Shown: positions 1 to 13,407, numbered from the stretch's first letter. The stretch: 64,000 bases of DNA from Paraspadella gotoi (GCA_051294375.1 CM119269.1:4026502-4090501), one strand, 5' to 3'. Notes: generated by a model not told the origin, from the letters alone. Made by a program: numbers and translations.

Positions 1-1027
1 TTGGCTGTGATTACCGTTTTTTTTAAAAATAAAAATTACTGATGAATTATGATAAAAGTTTTCAAAAAGTGTGCGATCATAGTAAATTAAAAATTTAGAT
101 ATGGCTTTTTCATCTTGAAATAGCTGTGATATTTTCATAATTACATTGGATTTAAGTATTTTTTGTGTTTGAATTTCCACTTTCATGTCATGATTATCTG
201 CAATATGCAAATGAGATAAAGTACCCTTATAATATCCAAATTAGTATATAGAAATGCTTTAATTAATTTACATATTGTAGGTATATAATATTGAAGATGA
301 AAATTCAAAAAATTTGTTTTAAATTTTTAATAAAAATGGAACTCAAAGATTTTTTAATGAGAAGCATAATCTTAATTTTAATACAAATATAAATTAAATC
401 CTTTTACAAGCTGCGATTGGAAAAAATTGAAAAATTTCGCAATTGTAAAAACAATTGTAACATATTTTTGGCCCTTTCTTTATTTTCTTTAAAATTATAT
501 ATAGATTTTCTTTCCCTATATTTTTTACTTAAACACTTTTTTACTTTTTTTCCGGTTTTACGATTAAAAAATTATTAAAAAAAAGTCCTAGTTTGCCCTT
601 TACTTAACACATTATAAATTATAACATTTTAGGTATACTTTCATTTATGCTTTATATTTTTTTCTTTTGTTCTTTTTTCATAATTTTTGTTTTTTGTTTT
701 TACTTTTTATTAACGTTGTTTTTCGTTTATAGCTTTATATTTTTTTTGTTTTTGTTTTTGTTTTTGGGTCTTTGATCCATTTAAACGTTTGTGTCTTTTG
801 TTTTTTTGATGTTTTTTTGGTTTAAAAATTGAATTTTGAAACGGTTCTGAACGTTATATTTTATAGTTTCTTAATGATTAGTTCATAACATTTATTTATG
901 AGTCAATTTAAACGTTGTGTCTTTTTTTTTTTCTGTTGAATTTTAATAGTTTAGTTTTACTTGTTTACTGCTTTCTAGTTTTTTACCACCTGATACTGTT
1001 TTTGATTTTGTCAATACTGTTTTTGGT

Positions 1028-1063
<36 letters not shown>

Positions 1064-1371
1064 TTGTCAGTTGCTGCTTTTTCTGGAACCCTAAAAAAAC
1101 GAGTTTCAGGTCTGCAGTGACTTTTCAGCTGGCTTCCAGCTTTCTCTTTCTTTCTGTCTCTTTGGTCCTCTTTTTCTCTTTTGTCTCTCTTTCTCTCTCT
1201 TTCTGTCTTTCTGTCTCTCTCACTCTGTACGATCGTTCGTTTTTTTGAAAAATTCTGATTATTTTTTTCCTTCTTCAAACTTTTATTATCGGCCATTTAT
1301 TCCGTCTTTTTTTTTTCAAATACAGAAATCCAAATTTATTATCTGAGATATAAGTTGGAAAGAACGGTTTT

Positions 1372-1415
<44 letters not shown>

Positions 1416-2734
1416 CCTCTCTCTCTCTTCTTATTATTTTTTTTAAAAAAATGAGAATAACTTATAATGATATGCATTATCACATCATAAAGTCAGCTAA
1501 GTGACCTAATTATATTTGCAGCACTTTCGCCGATAAGTATTAATTGCATGCATGCACATTATAAAAAAAAATGTTTTCTCATTTATTATTGCAACTTTGG
1601 ACCGTTGGCCCACTATTGGGCAAATATATCTAAAATAGGAGTTGATAAGAGATATAGTCAAATTAAGACATTACTTTTTTGTTCTTCTGATAAATTTTAC
1701 TATTATTAAATTTATGAAATATTTTTAGTGTATATATTTATCATTTTTAACTTTTTTTTTAAATAATAATTATTTGAGTTTGTTGATAACTATTTATAAA
1801 TGTTAATTAAATATGCCAAATATTAAATTCTGACCTCGGTCTGGTTTTTCCTAAAAGAAGGAACAATCTTTTTCTCTCTAATCTCTCTTGCTCTCTCTCT
1901 TCTCTCTCTCATCTTCTCTCTCTCATCTTCTCTCTTTCTCTCTCTTTTTTTTCCTTCTAAAACCACTTTTATTACGCCTTTATTCCGAGATTTTCGTGGA
2001 TTTTGTTCTTCTAAAAACTTTTATTATCGCCATTATGATTATTTTTATCTCATTGAACATACAAAATCCAAAATACTAATAACTTACTTAACCTGATTTC
2101 GTGGTCGGTTGCGGAGCAACAAGTAACATGTGAGGAACATGACCTATAACGCGTTACGTGTATAAAAAAAAATCAACAATAGACCCCAATTTCACGACGC
2201 CGTTGCGAGGCAGGGATAACCGATATAAAACAGAAGTGACCTAATATGCTCTCCGTTGGTGGGAAACCTCTCTCTCTCTCTCTTCTCACTCTCCCTCCCC
2301 CTCCCCTTTCTGTCTTCCTCCCCTCTCCTCTCCTCTCCTCTCCCTCTCTCCTCTCTACTCCTTTCTCTCTCTCTCTCTCTCTCATCCCTCTCTGCTCTCA
2401 GATCAAGAACTCGCCCCTTCCTTCTCTCTCATCCTCTCTCTCTCTTTTTTTTCCTTCTAAAACTTTTAATTATCGGCATTTTATTCGGGCGCTTCTTTTC
2501 TCAATACAAAATCACAAATTACATCCGAAGATTTTCGTGGATTTTTTTTCTAAACAATGTCTGATTATCTTTATATAACGAGAGGAGACCTAATAATGGC
2601 GTTTCGGTTTGGCGGGAAAACTGTCCACCTCTCTCTCTCCTCCTCTCTCTTCTCTCTCTCTTCTCTCTCTTCCTCTCTCTCTCTCCTTTCTCTCTCTCTT
2701 CACTCAATACACGCATTGGTTTGTTTATATTTAC

Positions 2735-2990
2735 GATGAATGTTCAGCGCGGCAATGAATCACTATCATCGCATCAATGAATGACTATCGATCGTATCAA
2801 TGAATGATTATCATCATATCATGAATGACTATCATCGGTCTATATTAATCATATTGGATTATCATCACATGAAGTACATTTTGTTATCATCGCAATCAAT
2901 TATTGGTTATGCATCGGGCGTCAATAATTTGGTTATCATCAGCACGATATAATTTGGGTTTATCATCGCATCAATATTTGGTTACTATCG
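2735..2990. repeat. Degenerate ~21-bp tandem minisatellite
   Basis: About ten recurrences of TATCATCGCATCAAT(GAATGAC/AATTTGGT)-like units. Confidence 0.7.
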
Positions 2991-3227
2991 CGAAGCGGCT
3001 CGATCTTTTGCTTTTTAAGGATTGATTTTTTTCTTAGTATTTTTTAACCCTTTGCTTTGAATTTCCGGATTAACTTGTTCTTTTTAGTTTTGTATTCTCG
3101 GTTTATTTATTTATCCTCTTCTCTACTNNNNNNNNNNNNNNNNNNNNNNNNNNNNNNNNNNNNNNNNNNNNNNNNNNNNNNNNNNNNNNNNNNNNNNNNN
3201 NNNNNNNNNNNNNNNNNNNNNNNNNNN

Positions 3228-6200
3228 CTAAATTATGCAAGAAAATCGTATGGATGATCAATTAAGAAGGTGGTGGGTTCTCAAACAAAAAGATGATGAA
3301 TTGATTAAAGTAAGAATGAAAAAATTAAAAATGAAAATAAAAAACAATTGGAGGCAGCAGGACATCATGCCATAAACTTGAAGAGTTGAAACAAACATAG
3401 ATAATTTAAATCCAGATCATAATATTGAATTTTGAAGAAAAATGAGATGATAGAACCAAAGAACATAATAGGAGCTTAGAATCATCAAACAGACTTTGAA
3501 TACAAATAGAAGAGATAAAAAAATGTAGAGGCAGAAACTTATAGAAGAGCAAGGAAAACTGCTTGAGAGAAATAAAAATTTTGTGTCCAGATGACAGGTT
3601 TTCAGAAAAATCATAATGAAAATGTAAAAAACAAAAGAAAAGAATGAGAAAATTGAAAATATACAAAGCATGTTTTTAAAATATCAAAAATGAAGAGACT
3701 CCTTGGACAAATTAAAGATGAAAGAAAAACTGATGAAGATGCTGAGCATCAAAAGTTTCAAGAGAAAAAGATAGCAGAACTGATCAATATGGCTTGGAAC
3801 CTCTTGAGGTAATACGATACTTGCTTTTGAAGAAAAAATTCGGATCTACATCAAGAACATACGCGAGCTTACAACATCAAATTGAAATGAATGTCACAGA
3901 ATAGAATAATGCAAAAAAGTTGTAATGAAATTGAACAAAGAAGAAGAAGAAATTAAAATGATCAGAATTTGTCAAAAAAATTGAATCAATGAAAAAGAAC
4001 AGGATATTCCCAGCTTAAAACAACAGCAAATTATGGCAAGATATCGAGAATGATGCAATTAGAAAGTGGTGGGTTTTTCAACAAAAAGATGAATGGAATT
4101 GATAAATTAAGCAATGAAAAAGATTAAAAGAATGAAGAACTAAAGATCAATTGGAGCTAGCAGAGACAACATCAATGGACGCGAATAACTTGAAGGTTGA
4201 AACAAACAATGAGATAATTTAAATCCAGATCATGATTATTGATTTGAAGAAAAAATGTAGACTGACTGAGACCAAAGAACATAATAGGAGTCTTGAATCA
4301 TCAAAACAGGCAATTATGATACAAATAGAAGATGAAAAAATGTATGGAAGGCGAACTTAATGAAAGAGCAAGGAACTCTTAGAAAATAAAAATTTTGTGT
4401 CCAGATGATCAGAGTTTTTCAGAAAATCAAATGAATAATGTAAAAAACAAAATGAAATTAGTATGAAGAAATTAGGGAAAATATACAAAAGCATGTTTTA
4501 AGAAATATCAAAATGAAGACATCCTTGGACAATTAAAGAAATGAAAGGAAAAAAACGATGAAAGATGCTGAGGCATACAAAAGTTTCAAGAGAAAAAGAT
4601 AGCAGAAACTGATCAATATGTTGAAACGCTTGAGGTAGACGATACTGCTTTTTGATAAAAAATTCGAAGATCTGACCATAAGAACATAACCCGTAGCTTA
4701 CCACATCAAATGAAATGACTGTACAAGATCGTATCAGATTAGAAGATGAACAGAGATTTGTATGAAATTGAAAAACAGAAAAAGAAGAATTTAAAAATGG
4801 GTCAAGAGATCTTTGCAAAAAAATTGAATCGAATGAAGATAAGAACCAATGATATTGCCCAGCTAAAACAAACACAATTATGCAAGATATCAAGATGATG
4901 CAATTAAAAGTGGTGGGCTTCTCAACAAAAAGACTGATGAATTGATAAATAAGATGAAAATGTTAAAAATAATTGAAATAAAAACAATTGGAGCAGGCAG
5001 GAAACGATTCAATGCCAATAAAACTTGAAGAGTTCGAAACAAACAATAGAACATATTACAATCCTAGACTCATGATATATGGTTTTGAAGAAAAAATGAG
5101 ACGATTAGGACCCAAGAAAACATAATAGGAGCTTGAATCATCAAACAGGACTTCATGATACAAATAGAAGAGGATTGAAAAAAGATGTATGAGGCAGAAA
5201 CTTAATGAGAGCAGGAAAAGACCTTAGAAAAAATTAAAATTTGGTGTCCAGAGACAGGTTTTCAGAAAAATCAATAATGAAAATGTAAAAAAGACAAAAA
5301 GAAATAATGGAAGAAATTGGAAAATATACCAAAAGATGTTTTAAATATCAAATGAAGCAATCCTTGGACAAATTAAAGAAATGAAAGAAAAGAAACTGAT
5401 GAAGATGCTGGGCATCAAAAGTTTCAAGAGAAAAAGATAGCAGAATGAATCAAATATGCTTGAAACCTCTGAGGTAGACGATAACTGCTTTTGAAAGAAA
5501 AAATTCGAGATCTACATCAAGAACATAACAGTAAGCTTACAAACAGTCAAAATTGAAATGATGCACAAATAGATGAAATGAAAAAGTTGTATGAAATTGA
5601 AACAAAACAGAAGAGAAGAATTGAAAATGGAATCAGAATTTGCTGCAAAAAATTGTATTAATGAAAAAAGAACATGATATTTGCCCAGCTTAAACAACAG
5701 CAAATTATGCAAGATATCGAGATGATGCCAATTAAAAGTGTGGGTTCTCAAACAAAAAGATGATGAATTGAAATAAATAAAATGAAAAATTAAAAAAATG
5801 AAAATAAAACAATTGGAGCAGCAGGAACATCATGCCAATAAAACTTGAAGAGTTGAAACAAACAATAGATAATTTAAATCCAGATCATGATATTGATTTT
5901 TTGAAGAAAAAATGAGACTGATAGACCAAGAACATAATAGGAGCTTGAATCATCAAACAGAAACTTATGATACAAATAGAAGAGATGAAAAAAAATGTAT
6001 GAGGCAGAACTTAATGAAGAGCAAGAACTCTTAGAAAATAAAATTTTGTGTCCCAGATGACAGGTTTTCAGAAAAATCATAATGAAAATGTAAAAAAACA
6101 AAAAAGAAATAATGGAAGAAATTGAAAATATACAAAAAGCAGTTTTAAAATATCAAAATGAAGACATCCTTGGACAAATTAAAGAAATGAAAAAAAAAAC

Positions 6201-8082
6201 TGATTGAAGATGCTGAGCATCAAAAAGTTTCAAGAGAAAAAGATAGCAGAACTGATCAATATGCTTGAAACCTCTGAGGTAGACGATACTGCTTTTGAAG
6301 AAAAAATTCGAGATCTACATCAAGAACATAACCGTAGCTTACAACATCAAATTGAAATGATGTCACAAATAGATGAAATGAAAAGTTGTATGAAATTGAA
6401 CAAACAGAAAGAAGAAGATTAAAAATGGATCAAGAATTTGTCAAAAAAATTGAATCAATGAAAAAAGAACATGGATATTGCCCAGCTTAAACAACAGCAA
6501 ATTATGCAAGATATCGAGATGATGCATTAAAATGGTGGTTGTTCAACAAAAAGATGATGAATTGATAATAAAATGAAAAGTTAAAAAGATGAAAATAAAA
6601 AACAATTGGAGCAGCAGAAACATCATGCCAATAACTTGAAGAGTTGAACACAAACAATAGATAATTTAAATCCAGATCATGATATTGATTTTGAAGAAAA
6701 ATGAGACTGATAGACAAGAACATAATAGGAGCTTTAATCATCAAACAGAACTTATGATACAATAGAAGGATGAAAAAAATGTATGAGGCAGAACTTAATT
6801 GAAGAGCAAGAACTCTAGAAAATAAAAATTTTTGTGCTCCAGATGACAAGTTTTCAGAAAAATCATAATGAAAATGTAAAAAAACAAAAAGAAATAATGG
6901 AAGAAATTGAAAATATACAAAGCATGTTTTACAATATCAAAATGAAGACATCCTTGTGACAAATTAAAGAATATGAAAGAAAAAACTGATGAAGATGCTG
7001 AGCATCAAAGTTTCAAGAGAAAAAGATAGCAGAATGATCAATATGCTTGAAACCTCTGAGGTAGACGATACTGCTTTTGAAGAAAAAATTCGAGATCTAC
7101 ATCAAGAACATAACCGTTAGCTTACAACATCAAATTGAAATGATGTCACAAATAGATGAAATGAAAAAGTTGTATGAAATTGAAAAAACAGAAGAAGAAG
7201 AATTAAAAAATGGATCAAGAATTTGTCAAAAAAATTGAATCAATGAAAAAAGAACATGATATTGCCCAGCTTAAACAACAGCAAATTATGCCAAGATATC
7301 GAGATGATGCAATTAAAAGTGGTGGGTGTACTAGCAAAAAGATGATGAATTGATAAATAAATGAAAAAGTTAAAAACTGAAAATAAAAAACAATTGGAAG
7401 GAGTGAGAACATCATGCCAATAAACTTGAAAAGAGTTGAAACAAGACAAAGCATATTTTAAATCCAAGATCATGATATTGATTTTGAAGTAAAAATGAGA
7501 CTGATATGAACCAAGAACATAAAGGAGCTTTGAAATCATCAACAAGAACTTATGATACATCAGAAGAGATGAAAAAAATGTATGAGGCAGAACTTAATGA
7601 AGAGCAAGAACTCTAAAAATAAAAATTTTGTGTCCAGATGACAGGTTTCAGAAAAATCATAATGAAATGTAAAAAAACCAAAAGAAATAATGGCAAGAAA
7701 TTGAAATATACAAAAGCATGTTTAACAATATCAAAATGAGACACTTGGGAGCAGATAGAAGAAATGAAAGAAAAAACTGATGAAGATGCTGAGCATCGCA
7801 AAAAGTTTCAAAGAGAAAAAGATTAGCAGAAACTGATCAATTGCTTGAAACCTCTGAGTAGACGATACGCTTTTGAAGAAAAATTCGAAGATCTACTCAA
7901 GAGAATTAAACGCGTAGCGTTACACATCAAAAATAGCTGAATGATGTCACAAAGATGAAATGAAAAAAGTGTTGAAATTGAAAAGACAGAAGAAGAGAGA
8001 AGTAGAATAAAATGGGATCAAGAAGTTGTCAAAAAAATTCGTATCAATGAAAAAAGAGAATGGATCATTGGCCCAGCTAAAA
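3228..8082 (+). repeat. Coding tandem array: six ~790-bp units, each ~262 aa of E/K/Q-rich coiled coil; part of the giant MSP-domain gene
   Basis: Anchor CAAATTATGCAAGATATCGAGATGATGCAATTAAAAGTGGTGGG recurs near 3229, 4027, 4876, 5701, 6498, 7282. Indels differ from copy to copy (read-error pattern); my by-eye consensus is stop-free: QIMQDIEMMQLKVVGSQQKDDEL...DHDIDFEEKMRLIDQEHNRSLNHQTELMIQIEEMKKMYE...DDTAFEEKIRDLHQEHNRSLQHQIEMMSQIDEMKKLYE...DQEFVKKIESMKKEHDIAQLKQQ. Confidence 0.9.
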
Positions 8083-8308
8083 TTTAAAATTTATTATTTT
8101 TTTTGTCTGGACTTGCCCCAAAAAATTGAAGAAAAAGTACAAAATTTTAATATTTATTTTAATTTTAATGCAATATTTCAAAAACCTCTGTCTTTATGCC
8201 CTTGATGACGAAAGAAGTCATCGAAGAGATAGAGAGAGAGAGAGAAACAGAGAGAGAAAGAGAGAGAGAGAGAGAGACCCCCCTCTATTCCTCTCTCCAT
8301 ATATTCAG

Positions 8309-8542
8309 GAGGAAGAAGCGGTGATGCGACACCTGACGAATCGGATCGAACGCAGCGTGGATCTGCTCGACGCGATGGAGGCGTCCACGACGGAGATGAC
8401 CTTTCAGGCGGAGGACATGGTGCAGCGTCTCCTCGGGATTGGCGAGGAGCGCGAAAGGAGAGCGAAGAGAGAAGGAATTGAAGCGGGGAGCACGGGCGAA
8501 GACGGTTCGAAAACTGAATTGGAAGAAGCGAAGAAACTCAAG
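8309..8542 (+). CDS. Exon of giant MSP-domain protein (helical segment EEEAVMRHLTNRIERSVDLLDAME...EEAKKLK)
   Basis: ATTCAG| acceptor, |GTTTAT donor, 234 bp phase 0-0, GC-rich open frame in AT-rich surroundings. Confidence 0.8.
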
Positions 8543-8699
8543 GTTTATTGAAAAAAAATTATTAAAATTTATAACAATAGATTGGGAACAACATTACGAT
8601 GTAGATTAGAGTGATGTGAAAATGATCAAATTTTATGTAATTAAAATTTAGCTTGTAAATTATGAAATTAAAAACCCATTAAAATATTGGAATTCCTGA

Positions 8700-8888
8700 A
8701 AGCGGCGCTAGCAGTCCTTTAGATTTGAGGTTTTTTTTTCTGTCTTAACAAATGAACAACCCACTATAGGCAAATTACATGCATTTTTAACGTTAGTGGG
8801 ACAGACGGACATACCGACCGACCGACGGACCGACCGACCGAGTAACTTATAGAGTTGCTCCCCGAGTACTCACGGGGCAACTAAAAAA
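8700..8888 (+). mobile_element. Short interspersed DINE-1/HINE-like (Helentron-associated) repeat, copy 1, intronic
   Basis: TTAGATTTGAGG...ATAGGCAA...(GACC/GACG)n...ACTTATAGAGTTGCTC..GAGTAC..GCAACTAAAAA with terminal hairpin; homologous copies at 47087-47299 and 62005-62182. Family label is inferred from architecture. Confidence 0.65.
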
Positions 8889-9020
8889 CAAACTAATAAA
8901 CAACAGAATAGTAATTAGCTTTTGTACTGAACTGGTAACCACTTATTTTTACCCTAAAATAAATAAGAAATTAAGCCAATTTATCTCAATTTCAATTTTA
9001 GTCTCAATTTTATTACTCAG

Positions 9021-9146
9021 GTATTGACGGCCGCGTTGAGGGAGGTGGAGGAAAAAACGGAAATTATAGAAGAAATGACGAGGGACGCCTCCGCCATGAT
9101 GGAGAGGGCCGATGTACTACGACGAAGAGTTACTCAAATGGAAGAG
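9021..9146 (+). CDS. Exon of giant MSP-domain protein (VLTAALREVEEKTEIIEEM...RRVTQMEE)
   Basis: ACTCAG| acceptor, |GTGGGT donor, 126 bp phase 0-0, in frame with flanking exons. Confidence 0.8.
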
Positions 9147-9438
9147 GTGGGTTGGAAGAGGAAAAAAGAAAAAAATGAGTGGAAATAGTGACGTTGTCAA
9201 AAAGTTAAATTTATTGCCTTTTATACAATGATTATTACTCATCACTTTTTATAATTGAAAGTTCTGTAAAACTAATGCAAAATTCTTTGAACAATTTTTT
9301 TTAAATAGTGGAGAATATTAAAACATTGCGGCATATATATATTTACTGTTGCATAGGCAATGAAAAAATATAAATTTTTATCTAATATGGGTTGTATGGG
9401 AACCAGCCTTATGATTCTTACTCCCCTTTTATTTGAAG

Positions 9439-9552
9439 GTCGAGAAGGCAAAGAGAACACAACCGGCAGATTTTGTGATGGCTTCAGATTCAAGCACTGC
9501 ATTTGACAACAGACTTAAAAATTTGCAGGAAAAGCACCAACACGAACTCGAG
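9439..9552 (+). CDS. Exon of giant MSP-domain protein (VEKAKRTQPADF...DSSTAFDNRLKNLQEKHQHELE)
   Basis: TTGAAG| acceptor, |GTCAGT donor, 114 bp phase 0-0; holds a first copy of the D-x-x-F...L-Q-E-x-H motif of the array. Confidence 0.75.
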
Positions 9553-9758
9553 GTCAGTTTTCATGGTATTGATGTACTTGAACAAAATCCCTCACTTTTT
9601 TAAAAGATCTAATTTACCTAACAAATCTGAATGCCTGTAATAACCAATTAAAGTTTTTTTTCAAAATATACTAAAACAATTTATTGACCATACATAAGAA
9701 TCCCTATACTATGAAATCTTTATGAAATGTAGTTATCCTTATCCCATTTATATTACAG

Positions 9759-10533
9759 AATGAAAAAATAAAACTGCAAGTTTACAAATCTAAAGAGATG
9801 TACATTTTTAATAGAAATGAAATGGATCCTGCAGAAAATTTAGAATTTTATAATGATTTAGTTAAAGCTGTTCCATCGGCTGAAATAGAAGCAAACGATA
9901 CTGAGAAAAGCAAACTGCTTCTGGTTCAACAACTGAGTGAAGATAATTTGAGAGATTACCAATTGTCAAAAAAATTGAAAAAGTTAGAGGCAGAGAATAT
10001 ATCAAGCATTACTGAGCATAAGGAAGAATCACATGATAATGAACTGGACCAGAAAAGATTTGGAGAAAAACAAAAGTTCATATCAATAAATGAATGCAAT
10101 GAAGAAATGTCTAAAACTGAGATAGATAAGAATCTACTAAAAGAAGATTTTTTTAAAACAGAAAAAGAATTATATGCTGAGCATCAAAAAGATATTCAAA
10201 CATATAAGCAATTGGAACAAATAGAAAATTTTCACAAAGAGCAAAAAAACAAACAACTTCGTCTTATATCTGATATTGAAAACATAAAAATCAATGTTGT
10301 TAAAAGCCAAGATGAATTTCTAAAGTCAAATATTACTGAGAAGCATTCACCTAGAAATCAACCTCCACAAGAATATGAATCTAGCTTTCAACAGGAAATG
10401 GACATGTCACAAACGGACAAAATAAAAAAGTTGTATGAAAGTAAACAATCAGAAAAATTAGTGTCAGATCAAGAATTTGCTGAAAAAATTGTATTAATGA
10501 AAAAAGAACATGATATTGCCCAGCTTAAACAAC
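9759..10533 (+). CDS. Large AT-rich exon leading into the 262-aa repeat array
   Basis: TTACAG| acceptor at 9758 in frame with ORF 9798-10634; ends ...DQEFAEKIVLMKKEHDIAQLKQQ, with nucleotides AAAAGAACATGATATTGCCCAGCTTAAACAACAG identical to the array unit junction, then breaks into (GA)n. Confidence 0.85.
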
Positions 10534-10564
10534 AGAGAAAGAAGAGAGAGGGAAGAGAGAGGAG

Positions 10565-10619
<55 letters not shown>

Positions 10620-10715
10620 AATCAGAAAAACTGATTTTTATCAAAAGCCCCTCCCTATGCTCACATCAGGACTGAATACTCTGTTTTTATCTGGAGTGAT
10701 CATTTTGGGAAAGGA

Positions 10716-11550
10716 GTAGAGCAGACTGAAGTGGTTGAAAAGAAAGCACAAGAGCAACGGGTGGCAGTTGAGATGCCAACCAATGNNNNNNNNNNAAAGC
10801 ACAAGAGCAACCGGCGGCATTTGAGATGCCAACCAATGAGCAAATATCTGCGGCTCTCATTTTGGAGGAGGCTATGAAAGAAGCCGTCGAACTGGCCTCA
10901 ATGAAAACTGAGTCTGTCATTAAGGAAGCCCCGATTGAAACAGCGCCGGCGACTGACGCACCGGCAAAAGCGCCACGACGCCGCAAGACCGAGGAAATCA
11001 AAGTTCCGACGGCGAAGGAGACGATGACTTTAGCACCGGCGCCCCGCGGCGATTCCATCAAAGAAGCGGCGCTGCTGTCCGAGATCGATCGAGTCGCTCG
11101 CGCCCTCTACGGAAAACTCGGCGTTCTCGAGACTTTTGAGGCCGACGCCCGATTGCGACTCAGCGGCGTCGAGGAGGCCGTCGGCGTCGTTGAACGGCTC
11201 GCCGTCCGTCGCCATCGGGGAACGGTGCCCGCGACAATGTTGGATGCAAATGTCACAATCGTGTCTCCAGCTCCGGAGAAGGCTCCGCCGAGGACCAAGA
11301 AGCGAGAGGCCGTCGCCGCCGTCTCAGCGACGCCTATGGCCGAAAAACCGCCACGGAGACGCCAGAAACAAGAGCGGCCGCAGCAGCCTCAGCCTCAGCC
11401 TCAGCTAGACTCCCTGATGACGACGTTGAAGCTGCTGGAGAAAAGTCTGGACGTCCTCTACTTTCTAGAGTTCGAAACTGTCAACGAGGAGGCGCAAATA
11501 AAGAGGCTTATTGCCATCGCCGATCGACTGCACGATCGGGAAGAATCGAG
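10716..11550 (+). CDS. Exon fragment of giant MSP-domain protein (VEQTEVVEKKAQEQ..EMPTNEQISAALIL...DRLHDREES)
   Basis: ORF 10826-11554, GC-rich; starts with tail of the 20-aa repeat; donor AG|GTGATT at 11550 (phase 2) joins 11929 in frame. Confidence 0.8.
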
Positions 11551-11618
11551 GTGATTTGGAGAATGAATGAGGGAATGGATGAATGAATGAATCAATCAAT
11601 GAATAAAAACAAAAATAA

Positions 11619-11619
<1 letters not shown>

Positions 11620-11706
<87 letters not shown>

Positions 11707-11708
11707 AA
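11620..11708. repeat. (GAAA)n microsatellite, intronic
   Basis: Perfect GAAA run. Confidence 0.95.
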
Positions 11709-11928
11709 AAACGGACAAATGAATGAATGGAGAGACGAATGAATGAAGAAATCAGTAAATTTAACATCCAATAAATTATCGAAAGAGTGAAGTTTAAAGA
11801 AAAATAAATAAGAAAAATAAATACATAACCAACTACAGCATATCATATTTTATTATTTACATCATTGAGAATTTCTAATTAAGATCGTGATCATGAACAA
11901 CTTTTTTTTCACATTAAAAACTTGCCAG

Positions 11929-12205
11929 GGATCAATTGGTGAATCAACTATCGAATCGAAGTCGATCTTTGGAGAATCTCGAGAAGGAATCCAACATCAT
12001 CATTGCAAGAACCGAGAGCCTCAAGAGGAGGATACAACACGGCGCGGAATTTAAGGGAGGGAGTGAGTTTGAAAAGAAAGAACCACAAGTTGAAATCGTG
12101 CAGAAGATTGTAGAGCAGACTGAAGTGGTTGAAAAGAAAGAACCACAAGTTCAGATTGAGCAGAAGATTGGTAGAGCAGACTGAAGTGATTGAAAAGAAA
12201 GAACG
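11929..12205 (+). CDS. Exon running into 60-bp/20-aa repeat (EKKEPQVQIEQKIVEQTEVV)n and a ~1 kb N-gap
   Basis: TGCCAG| acceptor, phase matches 11550; DQLVNQLSNRSRSLENLEKE... then 2+ repeat units before Ns. Confidence 0.8.
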
Positions 12206-13407
12206 NNNNNNNNNNNNNNNNNNNNNNNNNNNNNNNNNNNNNNNNNNNNNNNNNNNNNNNNNNNNNNNNNNNNNNNNNNNNNNNNNNNNNNNNNNNNNNN
12301 NNNNNNNNNNNNNNNNNNNNNNNNNNNNNNNNNNNNNNNNNNNNNNNNNNNNNNNNNNNNNNNNNNNNNNNNNNNNNNNNNNNNNNNNNNNNNNNNNNNN
12401 NNNNNNNNNNNNNNNNNNNNNNNNNNNNNNNNNNNNNNNNNNNNNNNNNNNNNNNNNNNNNNNNNNNNNNNNNNNNNNNNNNNNNNNNNNNNNNNNNNNN
12501 NNNNNNNNNNNNNNNNNNNNNNNNNNNNNNNNNNNNNNNNNNNNNNNNNNNNNNNNNNNNNNNNNNNNNNNNNNNNNNNNNNNNNNNNNNNNNNNNNNNN
12601 NNNNNNNNNNNNNNNNNNNNNNNNNNNNNNNNNNNNNNNNNNNNNNNNNNNNNNNNNNNNNNNNNNNNNNNNNNNNNNNNNNNNNNNNNNNNNNNNNNNN
12701 NNNNNNNNNNNNNNNNNNNNNNNNNNNNNNNNNNNNNNNNNNNNNNNNNNNNNNNNNNNNNNNNNNNNNNNNNNNNNNNNNNNNNNNNNNNNNNNNNNNN
12801 NNNNNNNNNNNNNNNNNNNNNNNNNNNNNNNNNNNNNNNNNNNNNNNNNNNNNNNNNNNNNNNNNNNNNNNNNNNNNNNNNNNNNNNNNNNNNNNNNNNN
12901 NNNNNNNNNNNNNNNNNNNNNNNNNNNNNNNNNNNNNNNNNNNNNNNNNNNNNNNNNNNNNNNNNNNNNNNNNNNNNNNNNNNNNNNNNNNNNNNNNNNN
13001 NNNNNNNNNNNNNNNNNNNNNNNNNNNNNNNNNNNNNNNNNNNNNNNNNNNNNNNNNNNNNNNNNNNNNNNNNNNNNNNNNNNNNNNNNNNNNNNNNNNN
13101 NNNNNNNNNNNNNNNNNNNNNNNNNNNNNNNNNNNNNNNNNNNNNNNNNNNNNNNNNNNNNNNNNNNNNNNNNNNNNNNNNNNNNNNNNNNNNNGGTGAC
13201 TGTTTATGTGAAGAGAGAGTTCTTGCTGACAGACGACAAACATCAGAAGAGACGAATTATCTGTAAAATGTATGCTGCACAATCAAATATAGAGAAAAAC
13301 CAAAATAATAATTAAATTCTTATTAATGACACAAGTTAACAAAAACGACGGTGCCTAACGATATAAATTTGTAACGAAAAGATTGTTGGAATTCCTGTGT
13401 TTAACAG

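Noticed and set aside
943-3257. ORFs of (ER)n, (LS)n, (SF)n type here and throughout
   Set aside because: Translations of GA/CT/GAAA microsatellites.
3228-8082. Pseudogene call for the frameshifted array
   Set aside because: Indels are private to each copy and cluster in homopolymers; consensus is open, consistent with raw long-read error.
11948-13282. 350-440 aa ORFs in the track
   Set aside because: They are runs of X across an N-gap.
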